DNA of 64,000 bases from Chitinophagaceae bacterium MMS25-I14 (lineage in GTDB: Bacteria; Bacteroidota; Bacteroidia; Chitinophagales; Chitinophagaceae). Made by a program: the position numbers and the translations under genes. The notes beneath the pieces were generated by a model, which did no database searches, was not told the DNA's origin, and saw only the letters and a program-made list of their open reading frames with translations. Each line of letters opens with the position of its first letter. Within the stretch, counting starts at the first letter, position 1. Positions 21,027-30,843 of this stretch are shown one piece after another. The stretch spans positions 678,399 through 742,398 of the forward strand of contig CP197396.1 in assembly GCA_052161885.1 (NCBI GenBank), written 5' to 3'.

Positions 21027-21093
21027 ATGAATCGGGATTAAGAGATAGCATTTGTAAGTTACGTGAAGATAGTTTACAAAGCAGATGTAAATG

Positions 21094-22434
21094 CTAGTTT
21101 ATCACCGTCTTCCGCCTGCGGATCATATTAAAAAAGCGTTTATTCAGAAAAACCGATGAAAAAGTAAGACCGCTTACAAACCCGATCCAGATGCCGGCCG
21201 CGCCCATTTTAAAAACAAAGGCCATAAGGCAGCCGGTGGGTATGCCTACTACCCAATAGGCAATGGCAACATATGCTGTAGGCACTTTTACATCTTTTAT
21301 TCCGCGGAGCAATCCTACACCAACAGCCTGTGTGGCATCCGGTATCTGGAAAACCGCCGCATATAACAATAACGTGCCGGCAATGGTTACAACAGATGTA
21401 TCGTCATTAAATGCGAGCGGCAATATATGACGAAGGCATACGAAAAACACAGCACCGAGAATGCCATATACCAGTGCGCTGATTAGCGTACTCTTTCCAA
21501 TAATCGTAATGTCCTTCCAGTTGTTGCGGCCCCATGCATTGCTGATACGTATAGATCCCCCCTGCGATAGCCCGAACGACACCATAAATACCATGGCTGC
21601 ACAGCTTAATGCTATCTGGTGTGCTGCCTGCTGTACAGCTCCCAGTGTTCCGATGATGATACCGGAAACGGCAAAAGCGCCGGATTCCATCGCGGCCTGC
21701 AGGCTGCTGGGCACTCCTACGTGCAGCAGTTCTTTTATAGTAGCTGTTTTTACGACCCACTGAGTTTTGCGCACAGCTACATAGCGTTTAAATAAAGGGT
21801 GTATAAACACTACTATTACCAGCGCGATCAACACTATGATGCGTGTGAATAGTGTACCGAGCCCGGCGCCTGTAAGCTCCAGCCGCGGAAATCCCCAGTT
21901 GCCGTATATGAGCAGCCAGTTGATAAAAACATTTAATGGTAATGCCAGCAGAGAAAGCAGCATGGCGGTACGCGTCTTTTCCAGCCCGTCTGAAAATTGT
22001 TTTACAGAAAGGAACATAAGCATGGGTACTGTGCTCCAGCCCATGATCTGTAAATAAGGAACGGCCAGTTGTGACACCTGCGGGTCCTGGTCGAGGTGAA
22101 ACAAAATACCTTTACCGAGATTAAGTATAAGCCCGATGCATATGGCGATTACGGTACATAACCAGAAACCATTGTACAGGTAATGAGACACCTGCTGGCT
22201 GTCGCGGCGGCCATGTGCCATGGAAACAGTCTGTGATACAGACATGGTCATGCCTATACCCAGCACAAACGGTATGTTCATCACACTGTTTACCAGTGCA
22301 GATGCTGCGAGGTGTTTGTAGCTGATATTCCCCACCATGGCACTGTCTATAATGCCAAGCGCCATTTGCGTAAGCTCACCGAGTATGATCGGCGCCGACA
22401 GTTTCCATGTTTTTATAGCTTCATTGCGTAACAT
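21094..22434 (-). CDS. MATE family efflux transporter
   Basis: 12 TM segments and a MATE N-terminus (KLSAPIILGELTQMALGIIDSAMVG). Confidence 0.9.
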   Translation of the reverse strand: MLRNEAIKTWKLSAPIILGELTQMALGIIDSAMVGNISYKHLAASALVNSVMNIPFVLGIGMTMSVSQTVSMAHGRRDSQQVSHYLYNGFWLCTVIAICIGLILNLGKGILFHLDQDPQVSQLAVPYLQIMGWSTVPMLMFLSVKQFSDGLEKTRTAMLLSLLALPLNVFINWLLIYGNWGFPRLELTGAGLGTLFTRIIVLIALVIVVFIHPLFKRYVAVRKTQWVVKTATIKELLHVGVPSSLQAAMESGAFAVSGIIIGTLGAVQQAAHQIALSCAAMVFMVSFGLSQGGSIRISNAWGRNNWKDITIIGKSTLISALVYGILGAVFFVCLRHILPLAFNDDTSVVTIAGTLLLYAAVFQIPDATQAVGVGLLRGIKDVKVPTAYVAIAYWVVGIPTGCLMAFVFKMGAAGIWIGFVSGLTFSSVFLNKRFFNMIRRRKTVIN

Positions 22435-22535
22435 AAAGTGCCGCGAAAATAGCCAATATAGACCAGAACTGATTTAACTGTTATTTACCATCCTGTATTG
22501 CAGCAACCACGCCCGCGGATCGTATTTTTATACTA

Positions 22536-23243
22536 TTGAATCAATTTTATATGCGGCTATTATACATCGTTTTATTTTGCTGCTGTATTTCTGCAACGAC
22601 AAATGCCCAGATTAATGAAGCACTGAAACAGCAACTTGATACAATTTTATTTCGCGATCAACAATACCGGCAGTTTACTATACTGACAGCACATGCAGCC
22701 GATTCAGTTGCTGCAATATTTCATGTTAATCCTGACTCACTTGCATATAATATGATTCGGTTGCAGATGCCGCTGGATTCGGAGAATGTTGTGGCTATAG
22801 AAGCAATATTTAAACAATATGGATATCCTGGGAAGAGTATGGTGGGTATACCTACAAATGAAGCTGCTTACTATGTAATACAGCATTGCAATGAAAAAAT
22901 AAAAACGTATTTCCCGCTTATAGAAGAAGCCGGCAAAAAGGGAGAGCTGTCATTTTCGCTAGTAGCCATGATGCAGGACCGAATGCTAGTTGATGATAAG
23001 AAGAAACAGAAATATGGTACACAGGCAGTAGGTTTTTTCCAGCCCGATGCAAAAACCGGCAAGCCAGGTATGTACTGGTATATCTGGCCTATTGAAAATC
23101 CTGCGCGGGTAAATGAATTACGTAAAAAAGCCGGAATGCTCCAGACTGTTGAAGAATATGCACGCGAAATGAATGCAGTATATTTGCCGTATATGACTAT
23201 TTCTGATATCAGAAAACTCGTACGCAGTAGTCAATCAAAATGA
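22536..23243 (+). CDS. hypothetical secreted protein
   Basis: The N-terminus MRLLYIVLFCCCISATTNAQ is a signal peptide. No catalytic motifs recognised. Confidence 0.45.
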   Translation: MNQFYMRLLYIVLFCCCISATTNAQINEALKQQLDTILFRDQQYRQFTILTAHAADSVAAIFHVNPDSLAYNMIRLQMPLDSENVVAIEAIFKQYGYPGKSMVGIPTNEAAYYVIQHCNEKIKTYFPLIEEAGKKGELSFSLVAMMQDRMLVDDKKKQKYGTQAVGFFQPDAKTGKPGMYWYIWPIENPARVNELRKKAGMLQTVEEYAREMNAVYLPYMTISDIRKLVRSSQSK

Positions 23244-23387
23244 ATGGGCAATAGCCAATAGTGAATGTGTGATCCCGGTAGTTATCAGGAGTGAGAAGTC
23301 AAACGTGAAATGCACAAAATCTCACTGTTAACCTTTCAACCTATTAACTTTTTAACTTATTAACCAATTAACGCATCACCTGCCCCT

Positions 23388-23837
23388 CTAAATCTTCCGT
23401 TTCAGATAAGCCGAATAATCAGGCAGTACAGCCTGGTATTCCATATGTATCAATGGCGATGTAAGCAGGAAATCTGCAGTGGCACGGTCGCAGGCCAGTG
23501 GAATATTGTATGTGACAGCCACCCGCAATAATGCTTTGATATCCGGGTCGTGCGCCTGTGCTTCCATCGGGTCCCAGAAAAAAATAAGCATGTCCAGGTT
23601 ACCGTTGGCAATATCCGCACCTATCTGCATATCACCCCCCAGCGGACCACTGAAGTACTTGGCAATAGGGACAGCAAGGCGGGCTTCCAGCATACTGCCG
23701 GTAGTGCCTGTAGCAAATAAAGTATGCATCGCAAGTATTTCCCTGTTCTCCTCTGCCCAGCCTATCAGTTCTTCTTTTTTATTATCGTGGGCCACCAGCG
23801 CAATACGCTTTTTGCTACCCAATATTCTTACTGCCAT
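23388..23837 (-). CDS. mgsA: methylglyoxal synthase
   Basis: The MgsA motif region is KRIALVAHDNKKEELI...ATGTTG...GPLGGDMQIGA. Length 149 aa. Confidence 0.9.
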   Translation of the reverse strand: MAVRILGSKKRIALVAHDNKKEELIGWAEENREILAMHTLFATGTTGSMLEARLAVPIAKYFSGPLGGDMQIGADIANGNLDMLIFFWDPMEAQAHDPDIKALLRVAVTYNIPLACDRATADFLLTSPLIHMEYQAVLPDYSAYLKRKI

Positions 23838-23942
23838 AATCTTACGCTTTTATCTGCACCTGAAAATTACTCTTTCAGATACAAAATACAAATACCTGTA
23901 CAATGGCACAAAAATGGTGCAGCTGCTCTGTAACTTAGTAAC

Positions 23943-24989
23943 ATGGAACTGGACAACCAGGAACGGATGCTGGTAGAGCGTATGCTGGACGAATGGGAGC
24001 ATAGCGGCAGGATCAGCAAAGAACTGAAACTGGAATTGAAAAAAACAATTGCCGTAAAGAAAACTGCGGCAAATGTTATCGCGCGTTACTTTTTTATAGT
24101 TGCCGTTTCCTGCATGCTGCTGGCGTTCAGCTCTATTTTTATCGACGAAAAACTGATAGAAACCATACGCAGGTATTTTTCACTCAGCAACCTTACTGTT
24201 GCCTTGCTTACAGCCACACTTACCATTGTGTGGTTTTGGTTTGTACGGCGCAGAAGGCATCATTTCAGCGCTTTCTCTTACGAAGTGTATATGATCGTCG
24301 GCGGACTGGGGGCGCTTACATCACTCATCTACCTCTGGAAAAACAACACATCTCCTTCACATTACACCACACTCCTGCTGCTATCTACTTTGCTGCTGGG
24401 CGTGCTGAGTGCCGGTTTCCGGTCGTCTGTATTATGGTTTGCAACGCTTATAAGTTTCTGCGGCTGGTATAGCGCATTCAGTTCCTGGCAAAGCACAGAC
24501 GGTATGTTCCTGGGCATGAATTATCCGCTGCGTTTTACCGTTTTCGGCGTATTGCTGCTTGGCCTGTCGCTGTTGCAGCATAGAGTACGCAGACTTTCCT
24601 TTGGACAAAGTACCACCTATATACTCGCTATGAGTGTTTGTTTCACAGCATTGTGGGGGCTTTCCGTGTTCGGAAACTACAACAACCTCGAGGCCTGGGA
24701 ACAGGTCCGCCAGACACAGGTGATCGGCTATGCATTTGTTTTCGGAGCAGCAGCCGGCGTATCTTTTTATCTCGGTATCCGTTACAAAGACGACTTGGCG
24801 CGGGATTTCGGACTGGTATTCCTGTTAGTAAATATATACACCCGCTATTTTGAGTACTTCTGGAACACCATGCACAAAGGCATCTTTTTTCTCATCCTGG
24901 CAGCATCCTTCTGGCTTATCGGGCGCAGGATAGAGCATCTCCGGAAAAAAGCGGCAGCAGAAACAACACAGGAACAGGCTACAGAATAA
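23943..24989 (+). CDS. polytopic membrane protein, hypothetical
   Basis: An N-terminal soluble segment is followed by about 8 TM helices. Confidence 0.45.
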   Translation: MELDNQERMLVERMLDEWEHSGRISKELKLELKKTIAVKKTAANVIARYFFIVAVSCMLLAFSSIFIDEKLIETIRRYFSLSNLTVALLTATLTIVWFWFVRRRRHHFSAFSYEVYMIVGGLGALTSLIYLWKNNTSPSHYTTLLLLSTLLLGVLSAGFRSSVLWFATLISFCGWYSAFSSWQSTDGMFLGMNYPLRFTVFGVLLLGLSLLQHRVRRLSFGQSTTYILAMSVCFTALWGLSVFGNYNNLEAWEQVRQTQVIGYAFVFGAAAGVSFYLGIRYKDDLARDFGLVFLLVNIYTRYFEYFWNTMHKGIFFLILAASFWLIGRRIEHLRKKAAAETTQEQATE

Positions 24990-25000
24990 AAACAGAACAA

Positions 25001-25008
25001 TAACTTTG
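25001..25008 (+). promoter_or_regulatory. -7 element TAacTTTG upstream of truA
   Basis: Exact TAnnTTTG match 33 nt before the truA ATG. Confidence 0.25.
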
Positions 25009-25040
25009 CAGCCCGGCACCAAAACCTGCCGCTCCCGACG

Positions 25041-25808
25041 ATGACCCGGTATTTTCTCGAAGTAATGTATGATGGCACTGCTTTTCATGGCTCACAGCTG
25101 CAGGGCGAAATCCCTACAGTGCAGCTGGCCGTAAATGAAGCACTGGCCATGTTGCTGCGCAGGCCGGTAGAATCATTCGGGGCCAGCCGTACCGATGAAG
25201 GAGTACATGCGTTGAGCAATTTTTATCATTTTGATCTTGAAGAAGAGCTGCACCCGCATTTCCAGTATAAGATGAATGCGATCCTCCCCCCGGCTGTATC
25301 ATTAAAAGGCATGTACCGTGCAAAGGATACCGAGGTGAATGCCCGTTTTGCCGCCACCAGCCGCCGTTACCGCTATCGTATTTACTCCGCAAAAAATCCA
25401 TTCCTGGTAAATCGCGCATTGTTCTACCCTTTCCGTATGGACATGGATATCCTGAACCAGACAGCGGCAGCGCTTAAAGAATACGAGAATTTTGAGACCT
25501 TTTCCAAACGCAATACCCAGGCCAAAACTTTCCGCTGCAACATTATGGATGCACATTGGGAGCAACACGATGGCGAGGTGCATTTTGTAGTGGAAGCAAA
25601 CCGTTTCCTGCGTGGCATGGTACGCGGTCTGGTAGGCACACAGCTCAAAGCTGCACGGGGTAAATTTGACGTCGCCGGTTTCCGGAAAATTGTGGAAGCA
25701 CAGGATTGCACATTGGCAGACTTCAGTGTGGCTGGTCACGGGTTGTACCTGGAAGCCGTGAATTATCCGGATGGATTACTTACGGAGATCAGGGATGTGC
25801 GGCCGTAA
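25041..25808 (+). CDS. truA: tRNA pseudouridine(38-40) synthase
   Basis: YFLEVMYDGTAFHGSQLQ...RTDEGVHA is the catalytic Asp motif region of TruA. Confidence 0.9.
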   Translation: MTRYFLEVMYDGTAFHGSQLQGEIPTVQLAVNEALAMLLRRPVESFGASRTDEGVHALSNFYHFDLEEELHPHFQYKMNAILPPAVSLKGMYRAKDTEVNARFAATSRRYRYRIYSAKNPFLVNRALFYPFRMDMDILNQTAAALKEYENFETFSKRNTQAKTFRCNIMDAHWEQHDGEVHFVVEANRFLRGMVRGLVGTQLKAARGKFDVAGFRKIVEAQDCTLADFSVAGHGLYLEAVNYPDGLLTEIRDVRP

Positions 25809-25946
25809 ACTGATTGATAAAAGCAACCGTGTCATCCTGAGAGGCCGTTTAAAAATAAATAGTTAAAAATAAGTTGCCGCTACTGCAAGAGCGATCAAGG
25901 CTCTATTGCCTGGCATTACAGTAATTCCAACGTTTAATCGATCGAT

Positions 25947-26043
25947 GCAGGCAGCAGCGGTAATAGCTGCCTGCTGCCTTTCCCGCCCGAACGACGTTCA
26001 GTCGGGCGGGTTTGCTTACTTTTTGGGCAAGCAAAAAGTAAGA
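25947..26043. repeat. cluster of three consecutive GC-rich stem-loops in a convergent intergenic region
   Basis: Hairpin 1 is ggcagcag...ctgctgcc (25947-25978). Hairpin 2 is cccgcccga...tcgggcggg (25982-26010). Hairpin 3 is ttgcttacttttt-ggg-caagcaaaaagtaagaa (26012-26043). Confidence 0.55.
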
Positions 26044-26094
26044 ATCCGCGCTGGATGGGCTTTGTGAGATTTTAACAAAATCCTTTTAAACACC

Positions 26095-26157
26095 CTCTGA
26101 GCGTAGCCGAAGGATGACTTTTCCATTGTCATGGTTCGACTACGCTCACCATGACAA
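26095..26157. repeat. split/dimeric REP-like element (gagcgtagccgaaggatgac ... cgactacgctcaccatgac), with a further half-site at 25830-25840
   Basis: Same palindrome family as 38008-38035. Confidence 0.5.
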
Positions 26158-26167
26158 CAGGCCAGGA

Positions 26168-27358
26168 TTAATTTCCTTCAATTTTCTCATCTTTATCTGC
26201 TCTGCGGGTGCCCTGGTAGAGTTCGTATTCCAGCAGGCGGCAGTCAATCTTACTGTTGTAAAATTCTATACGGCGTTTTGCTTTGAGGCCTATTTTCTTT
26301 GCCAGTTCCATATTACCGGTAAAGATGTAGCCCATATAGCCACCACACTTCTGCTTCATAAAATCACCGATACGGCCGTAAGTCAGCGCCAGTTCATCTT
26401 CTTCACCAAGGCGTTCACCATATTCCGGGTTCATGAATACTACGCCGCCCTCATTTTGCGGCACTTTCGTATCTGCAAAATCGCAGACGTCAAACGATAT
26501 AAGATGAGACACACCGGCAGCTTCAGCATTGGCTTTTGCGTTTTTAATAGCAAGATCACTGTAGTCTGTAGCTAAGATTTTCAAGAAAGGAATTTTCTGC
26601 ACCTGCTTTTTCAGCTCTATCATCTCTTTGGTATATATCGCTTCATCGTAACCAGTGATATGCATAAAACCGTAATTATCGCGGAAAAGACCGGGCCTGC
26701 GGTTAGTGGCTATCAATGCCGCTTCTATGGCAAGCGTACCGGAACCGCACATCGGGTTTACAAACGGGCTCTTACGGTCCCATTTGGTGGCCAGCACCGT
26801 AGCAGCAGCCAGTGCCTCCAGCATTGGTGCACGTCCGGGAATTTTGCGGTAGCCATGGCGGCCCAGCGAGTTGCCGGATGTATCAAGGAATATTTCAGCG
26901 TAATCATCTTTCCAGAAAAGGTGCACCACAGCGCCCACCAGGTCGGCACCGGTAGACGGACGCCTGCCGGCAGTTTCGCGCATACGGTCTACGATCGCAT
27001 CCTTTACGCGCACATTGGCAAACATGTTATTATTGATCGTTTCGTGCGATACATTACTCGTTACGGAAAAATAGCCCTGCGGGTCTATCATATCTTCCCA
27101 GGGCAGCGGCAGCAGCGCTTCATATACATCGTCGGCATTGTGCGCTTCAAATTCCATGAGCGAATACAATACCTGGCTGGCACAGCGCAGGTTCAGGTTC
27201 AGACGTATACAATCATTTATGGTGCCGTATATGATGATACCCGTAGCCAGGCTTTCTTCTATCTTAAAGCCAAGCTCCGCAATTTCCTGTTCCAGGTAAG
27301 GGGCCAGGCGCCTGTTGCATGTAATAAATATCTGCGAAACCGTTGTAAATAATGACAT
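26168..27358 (-). CDS. THUMP-domain class I SAM-dependent RNA methyltransferase (RlmL/RlmK-like, COG0116)
   Basis: A THUMP N-domain is followed by an N6-adenine-type MTase core (PMCGSGTLAIEAA, NPEYGERLG). Confidence 0.85.
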   Translation of the reverse strand: MSLFTTVSQIFITCNRRLAPYLEQEIAELGFKIEESLATGIIIYGTINDCIRLNLNLRCASQVLYSLMEFEAHNADDVYEALLPLPWEDMIDPQGYFSVTSNVSHETINNNMFANVRVKDAIVDRMRETAGRRPSTGADLVGAVVHLFWKDDYAEIFLDTSGNSLGRHGYRKIPGRAPMLEALAAATVLATKWDRKSPFVNPMCGSGTLAIEAALIATNRRPGLFRDNYGFMHITGYDEAIYTKEMIELKKQVQKIPFLKILATDYSDLAIKNAKANAEAAGVSHLISFDVCDFADTKVPQNEGGVVFMNPEYGERLGEEDELALTYGRIGDFMKQKCGGYMGYIFTGNMELAKKIGLKAKRRIEFYNSKIDCRLLEYELYQGTRRADKDEKIEGN

Positions 27359-27417
27359 GAGCCTGCGAAATTAGGCAATTACTCAGTTAATCCCCTATTC
27401 TGTACGTAATACCCCTG

Positions 27418-27466
27418 CTGGATACCGGCTGCTGGATTCCTGATATTAGATACTGGATATTTGACG
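27418..27466. repeat. simple-sequence intergenic repeat (ctggataccgg / gatactggatatttgac)
   Basis: Shares the GATACTGGATA(CCGGAT)ATTGAC motif with 33461-33492. Confidence 0.4.
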
Positions 27467-27560
27467 GGACCGACAGTAGCATTGAGAAACAAAGGGCAGC
27501 AACAATGCAACCCTTACTGTTATTGGCGGAGGGGAAAGGAAACGTGAAAAGTCTTACCTG

Positions 27561-28055
27561 CTATGCGTATACACATGCCAGCCGTTGTGTCGCCGACCGG
27601 TGCATCCGGATAATCGATGAAATAGTATCGCGCAGCACATGACAGTCCCGCTGTATGCAGCTGTAACATTGTGCAGGTATCTCCGCGATTTCACGAAACA
27701 AGGTGAGCCAGGAAATATTTTTATTAAGCCTGTTAAGTATATGCGACATATACTGCACAAATTTCTTCCGAGACGATACCTTATTCGTTTCTGCAAGCAT
27801 GACACATATAGCGGATGAATTAGCCAGCATGCGTCGCGACACGAAGGTGTTGCTTTTTACCTGGCAAAGGATCGTGGTATTAGTAAAGATCCGGGTTGCC
27901 ATTTCCATCATTTCTACGTCTTTCCATTGTATTGCTGCCATGGTGATTACATTTGAAATAACAATACAAATTTCTTTCACGCACAAAAATCCGGCAATGG
28001 ATAAACAACGGAATTTGCTGTATAAATAACCATCCATTCTATGCAGCAGGAACAC
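27561..28055 (-). CDS. hypothetical protein (weak call, possibly a pseudogene or non-coding)
   Basis: 164-aa ORF in an otherwise ORF-poor 770-bp region, with no motifs and atypical composition. Confidence 0.2.
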   Translation of the reverse strand: MFLLHRMDGYLYSKFRCLSIAGFLCVKEICIVISNVITMAAIQWKDVEMMEMATRIFTNTTILCQVKSNTFVSRRMLANSSAICVMLAETNKVSSRKKFVQYMSHILNRLNKNISWLTLFREIAEIPAQCYSCIQRDCHVLRDTISSIIRMHRSATQRLACVYA

Positions 28056-28130
28056 TGCCCTTATTCCCCGGCAAAGCCGGTACCCGTATTGTGCAATACA
28101 GACTGAATTTTGCAGATAATCAGCAGTAAA

Positions 28131-28826
28131 TCATTGATTATCCATTACAGCCTCCGGATGAAACGACAGGTAAGCTGTGTTTACGCTTTTTCCTGCCTCC
28201 ATTACGATCACTGCCACACATATATTGTCAGGGCCTGTTTCAAAGGCAATGCCGTCAGCAGATTCATAGATCGTGAAACGTTTCCCGGCTTTTGTGTAAG
28301 AAGCCGCCTTTTTCAGTTTACAGGCAATCTGCAGATCTTTAAGATAAGAACCCACATGAAGCCCTGCAGCTGTTTTAAAGTCCGGTGAGCTTACTCTTAT
28401 CTGCCGCACCCGGCTGGTTTCGTCCATACCCATCTGGCGGGATGTGTAGATATTTGTTTCGTAGCTGTTTTTATTGTGATTGCGATACCATACATACATG
28501 GCTTTCCCCATTGCAGCATCTTCATCATCCGGTTTTCCCAGTATCTGGAGGACACTGTCCATGTTTTCGCCCAGCGCTGTTTTTCCGGCAGATCTGCCCG
28601 GTACAATCAACATGTTCATCGCCGGGGCTGTCGTATCGCGTAATGCGACAGACTTTACTATATCTGTATGTTGTATTGTGGTATTATCAGTATTCGCTGT
28701 AACGGTACCGTCTGCTTTGCCGGAATTATTGTGGCAGGATGTAAGCAGAAGTAATAAAACACAGCAACTCATTGTTGAAATGTGCATCGGGAACATTTTT
28801 GCAAAATTCCGGAAAAACCGGGCCAT
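28131..28826 (-). CDS. hypothetical lipoprotein
   Basis: The internal start MHISTMSCCVLLLLLTSC has a lipobox. A soluble domain follows. Confidence 0.45.
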   Translation of the reverse strand: MARFFRNFAKMFPMHISTMSCCVLLLLLTSCHNNSGKADGTVTANTDNTTIQHTDIVKSVALRDTTAPAMNMLIVPGRSAGKTALGENMDSVLQILGKPDDEDAAMGKAMYVWYRNHNKNSYETNIYTSRQMGMDETSRVRQIRVSSPDFKTAAGLHVGSYLKDLQIACKLKKAASYTKAGKRFTIYESADGIAFETGPDNICVAVIVMEAGKSVNTAYLSFHPEAVMDNQ

Positions 28827-28935
28827 GATAAAAAATACGGATACGCTGCAAAAATAGGAGTACCAAATAACCAGGGAAGCATTTATGTGCAGCCCTGGTT
28901 ATTGGCAGAAGAGAAATGACCGCCAGGTGTGTTCT

Positions 28936-30069
28936 TTAACCTTCAATAAAATGAGGCACAAACCGGCTCAGATTATCTGTAATTTTTGACGAAGATTCAC
29001 GGATGCCCATACCGGCCGCCTGCTGGCCTATCACCCAGCTCCCCAGTACTGCATGTTGCCCGTTTGTTTCCGGTAATGGAAAATACTCCTGGAATATATA
29101 GCCTTCACTGCCGTATTGTCCTTCCGAATATTGCAGCAGGCTGCCGTTTTCAACAATGCTTATGTTAGCTCCTTCCCGCGACAGGATCGGCTTTTTGACA
29201 TAGCTATCCATCTGCCCGGGGTCAAAACTGGCTTTGAGCAGCAACGGATGACCGGGAAAAAGCTCCCACAGTACCGGCAGTATAGCTTTATTGCTCAGTA
29301 TCATCTTCCATGCCGGCTCTATCCAGTAGGCGCGGTTGGTATCAGATAATATGTTGCGGCCAAAATCATCGTTGACCATCCATTCCCAGGGATACAGCTT
29401 AAAGATATTTTTAACAGGCATGTTCTCCATGTCTACAAAACACTGCTGTGTGGCATTCCAGCCTATGTCGTCTATAAATACCAGCTTCGTATCCAGCCCG
29501 GCCTGCATCGCACAGTCGCGGAGATACTCGGTGTTGGTCAGGTCTTCCAGCGTTTCCTTCAGGCAGGAAAAATGCAGCGGAGCCTTGTACAGATGAGCTT
29601 TCAGGTATTTCCAGTAGTCAATCAGTTTTTCATGTATGGAATTGAACTGGTCTTTTGACTTATCATAATCCTGCAACCAGAACCATTGCACAATACCTGC
29701 CTCATACAGCGACGTTGGTGTATCTGCATTAAATTCCAGCAGTTTCACTTGTCCGTTGTTATAGGCCAGGTCAAAGCGGCCATATATCGCAGGATGATCT
29801 TCCATCCACGTCCTTTCTATGTACGGCACCATCCAATCGGGTATATGAAAGCGGCTGTACAAGCGATTGTCCATTACATGCTGCACCGCAGCCAGGCACA
29901 TATCCCACAGCTCCAGGGTAGACTGCTCTATGTACAGTATTTCTTCCATAGAGAACACGTAAGCTGCAGACTCGTCCCAGTAAGGCACGTTAGTGCTGTG
30001 AAAGCCGAAGCCGAGGTTCTCCACGGTTTTCTGCCAGTTATTACGTGGCGTTATATTGATTCTTTTCAT
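28936..30069 (-). CDS. glutathionylspermidine synthase-family ATP-grasp ligase (YgiC/YjfC-like)
   Basis: 377 aa, standalone synthetase-domain size, with a pre-ATP-grasp fold (DLAYNNGQVKLLEFNADTPTSLYEAGIVQWFW...). Confidence 0.8.
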   Translation of the reverse strand: MKRINITPRNNWQKTVENLGFGFHSTNVPYWDESAAYVFSMEEILYIEQSTLELWDMCLAAVQHVMDNRLYSRFHIPDWMVPYIERTWMEDHPAIYGRFDLAYNNGQVKLLEFNADTPTSLYEAGIVQWFWLQDYDKSKDQFNSIHEKLIDYWKYLKAHLYKAPLHFSCLKETLEDLTNTEYLRDCAMQAGLDTKLVFIDDIGWNATQQCFVDMENMPVKNIFKLYPWEWMVNDDFGRNILSDTNRAYWIEPAWKMILSNKAILPVLWELFPGHPLLLKASFDPGQMDSYVKKPILSREGANISIVENGSLLQYSEGQYGSEGYIFQEYFPLPETNGQHAVLGSWVIGQQAAGMGIRESSSKITDNLSRFVPHFIEG

Positions 30070-30083
30070 TGTTGAATGCTGTT

Positions 30084-30425
30084 TTACGAAGAGACAGAAA
30101 AACCGCTACGGCCAAATCCACCGCGCGACACAGCTCCTTTAAAGCCATTAGAACCGACATTGGCATGCTCACCGATAGCTCCGGAATAATAACCGGCACG
30201 CTGGTAACGTCCATTATCATAATTGCCATACGGACGAAAAGCATAATACCACAGTCCGCCACCATGGTAGCCGGAACCGGTATGTGTTCTGGCATAACCG
30301 GCCGTACTGTCGCTGCGCATGTATACCCGCTTTTCACCCGATGTCCATTCGTTTTGTGCCGGACGGTTGCACGAAGCCAGTGCAGCTGTGATCAGTATCA
30401 GCTGTATCTCTTTAGATTTTTTCAT
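30084..30425 (-). CDS. small Gly/Tyr-rich lipoprotein (possible YgiB/DUF1190-like partner)
   Basis: LITAALASC lipobox, 113 aa, Gly/Tyr/Arg-rich. Lies 14 bp upstream of the GspS-family gene in the same orientation. Confidence 0.45.
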   Translation of the reverse strand: MKKSKEIQLILITAALASCNRPAQNEWTSGEKRVYMRSDSTAGYARTHTGSGYHGGGLWYYAFRPYGNYDNGRYQRAGYYSGAIGEHANVGSNGFKGAVSRGGFGRSGFSVSS

Positions 30426-30428
30426 GGC

Positions 30429-30758
30429 TTATTTTACGGTTATGAAGAACTGGTAATCTTTTTTCACCACTACATTTTTGGCATCGCCATCACGGTTTTC
30501 AGCCTCTTCAATAGCCTCGCCCAGTGCCGGCAGCGTATCATGGTATACAATTGTTCTGTATGTGCTGTCTTTTATCCATACTTTATGTGTTGTGGTAAGC
30601 ACATCACGCAGGCTGTCCAGGTGCTGCACGTCCAGCACGGTTTCTACAGAACCGTCTTTTTCCACATCTCTTTTCTTATCATCATCAGATGAATTATCCG
30701 AGCAGGAGGCCAGCAGGATACCGGCAACAAGAGTAGATAGCAGTAATGTTCTTTTCAT
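30429..30758 (-). CDS. small lipoprotein, hypothetical
   Basis: GILLASC lipobox, 109 aa. Lies 3 bp from the next gene, so the three genes are likely one operon. Confidence 0.45.
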   Translation of the reverse strand: MKRTLLLSTLVAGILLASCSDNSSDDDKKRDVEKDGSVETVLDVQHLDSLRDVLTTTHKVWIKDSTYRTIVYHDTLPALGEAIEEAENRDGDAKNVVVKKDYQFFITVK

Positions 30759-30790
30759 TTTTTGAAATTAATAAATCATTGAATTAACGA

Positions 30791-30843
30791 GTGTCATCCC
30801 GGGCATTACAGGTGCCATTCTTCGACTACGCTCAGGATGAGAC
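30791..30843. repeat. REP-like element gtgtcatcccgggcattacaggtgccattcttcgactacgctcaggatgagac
   Basis: The half-sites GTCATCC and CTACGCTCAGGATGA are shared with the other copies. Confidence 0.55.

Noticed and set aside
26110-26160. tRNA-like GGTTCGA motif (catggttcgactacgctc)
   Set aside because: It is part of the REP-like palindrome family. No acceptor or anticodon arm structure.
26660-27352. 230-aa plus-strand ORF
   Set aside because: It is antisense to the THUMP methyltransferase gene.
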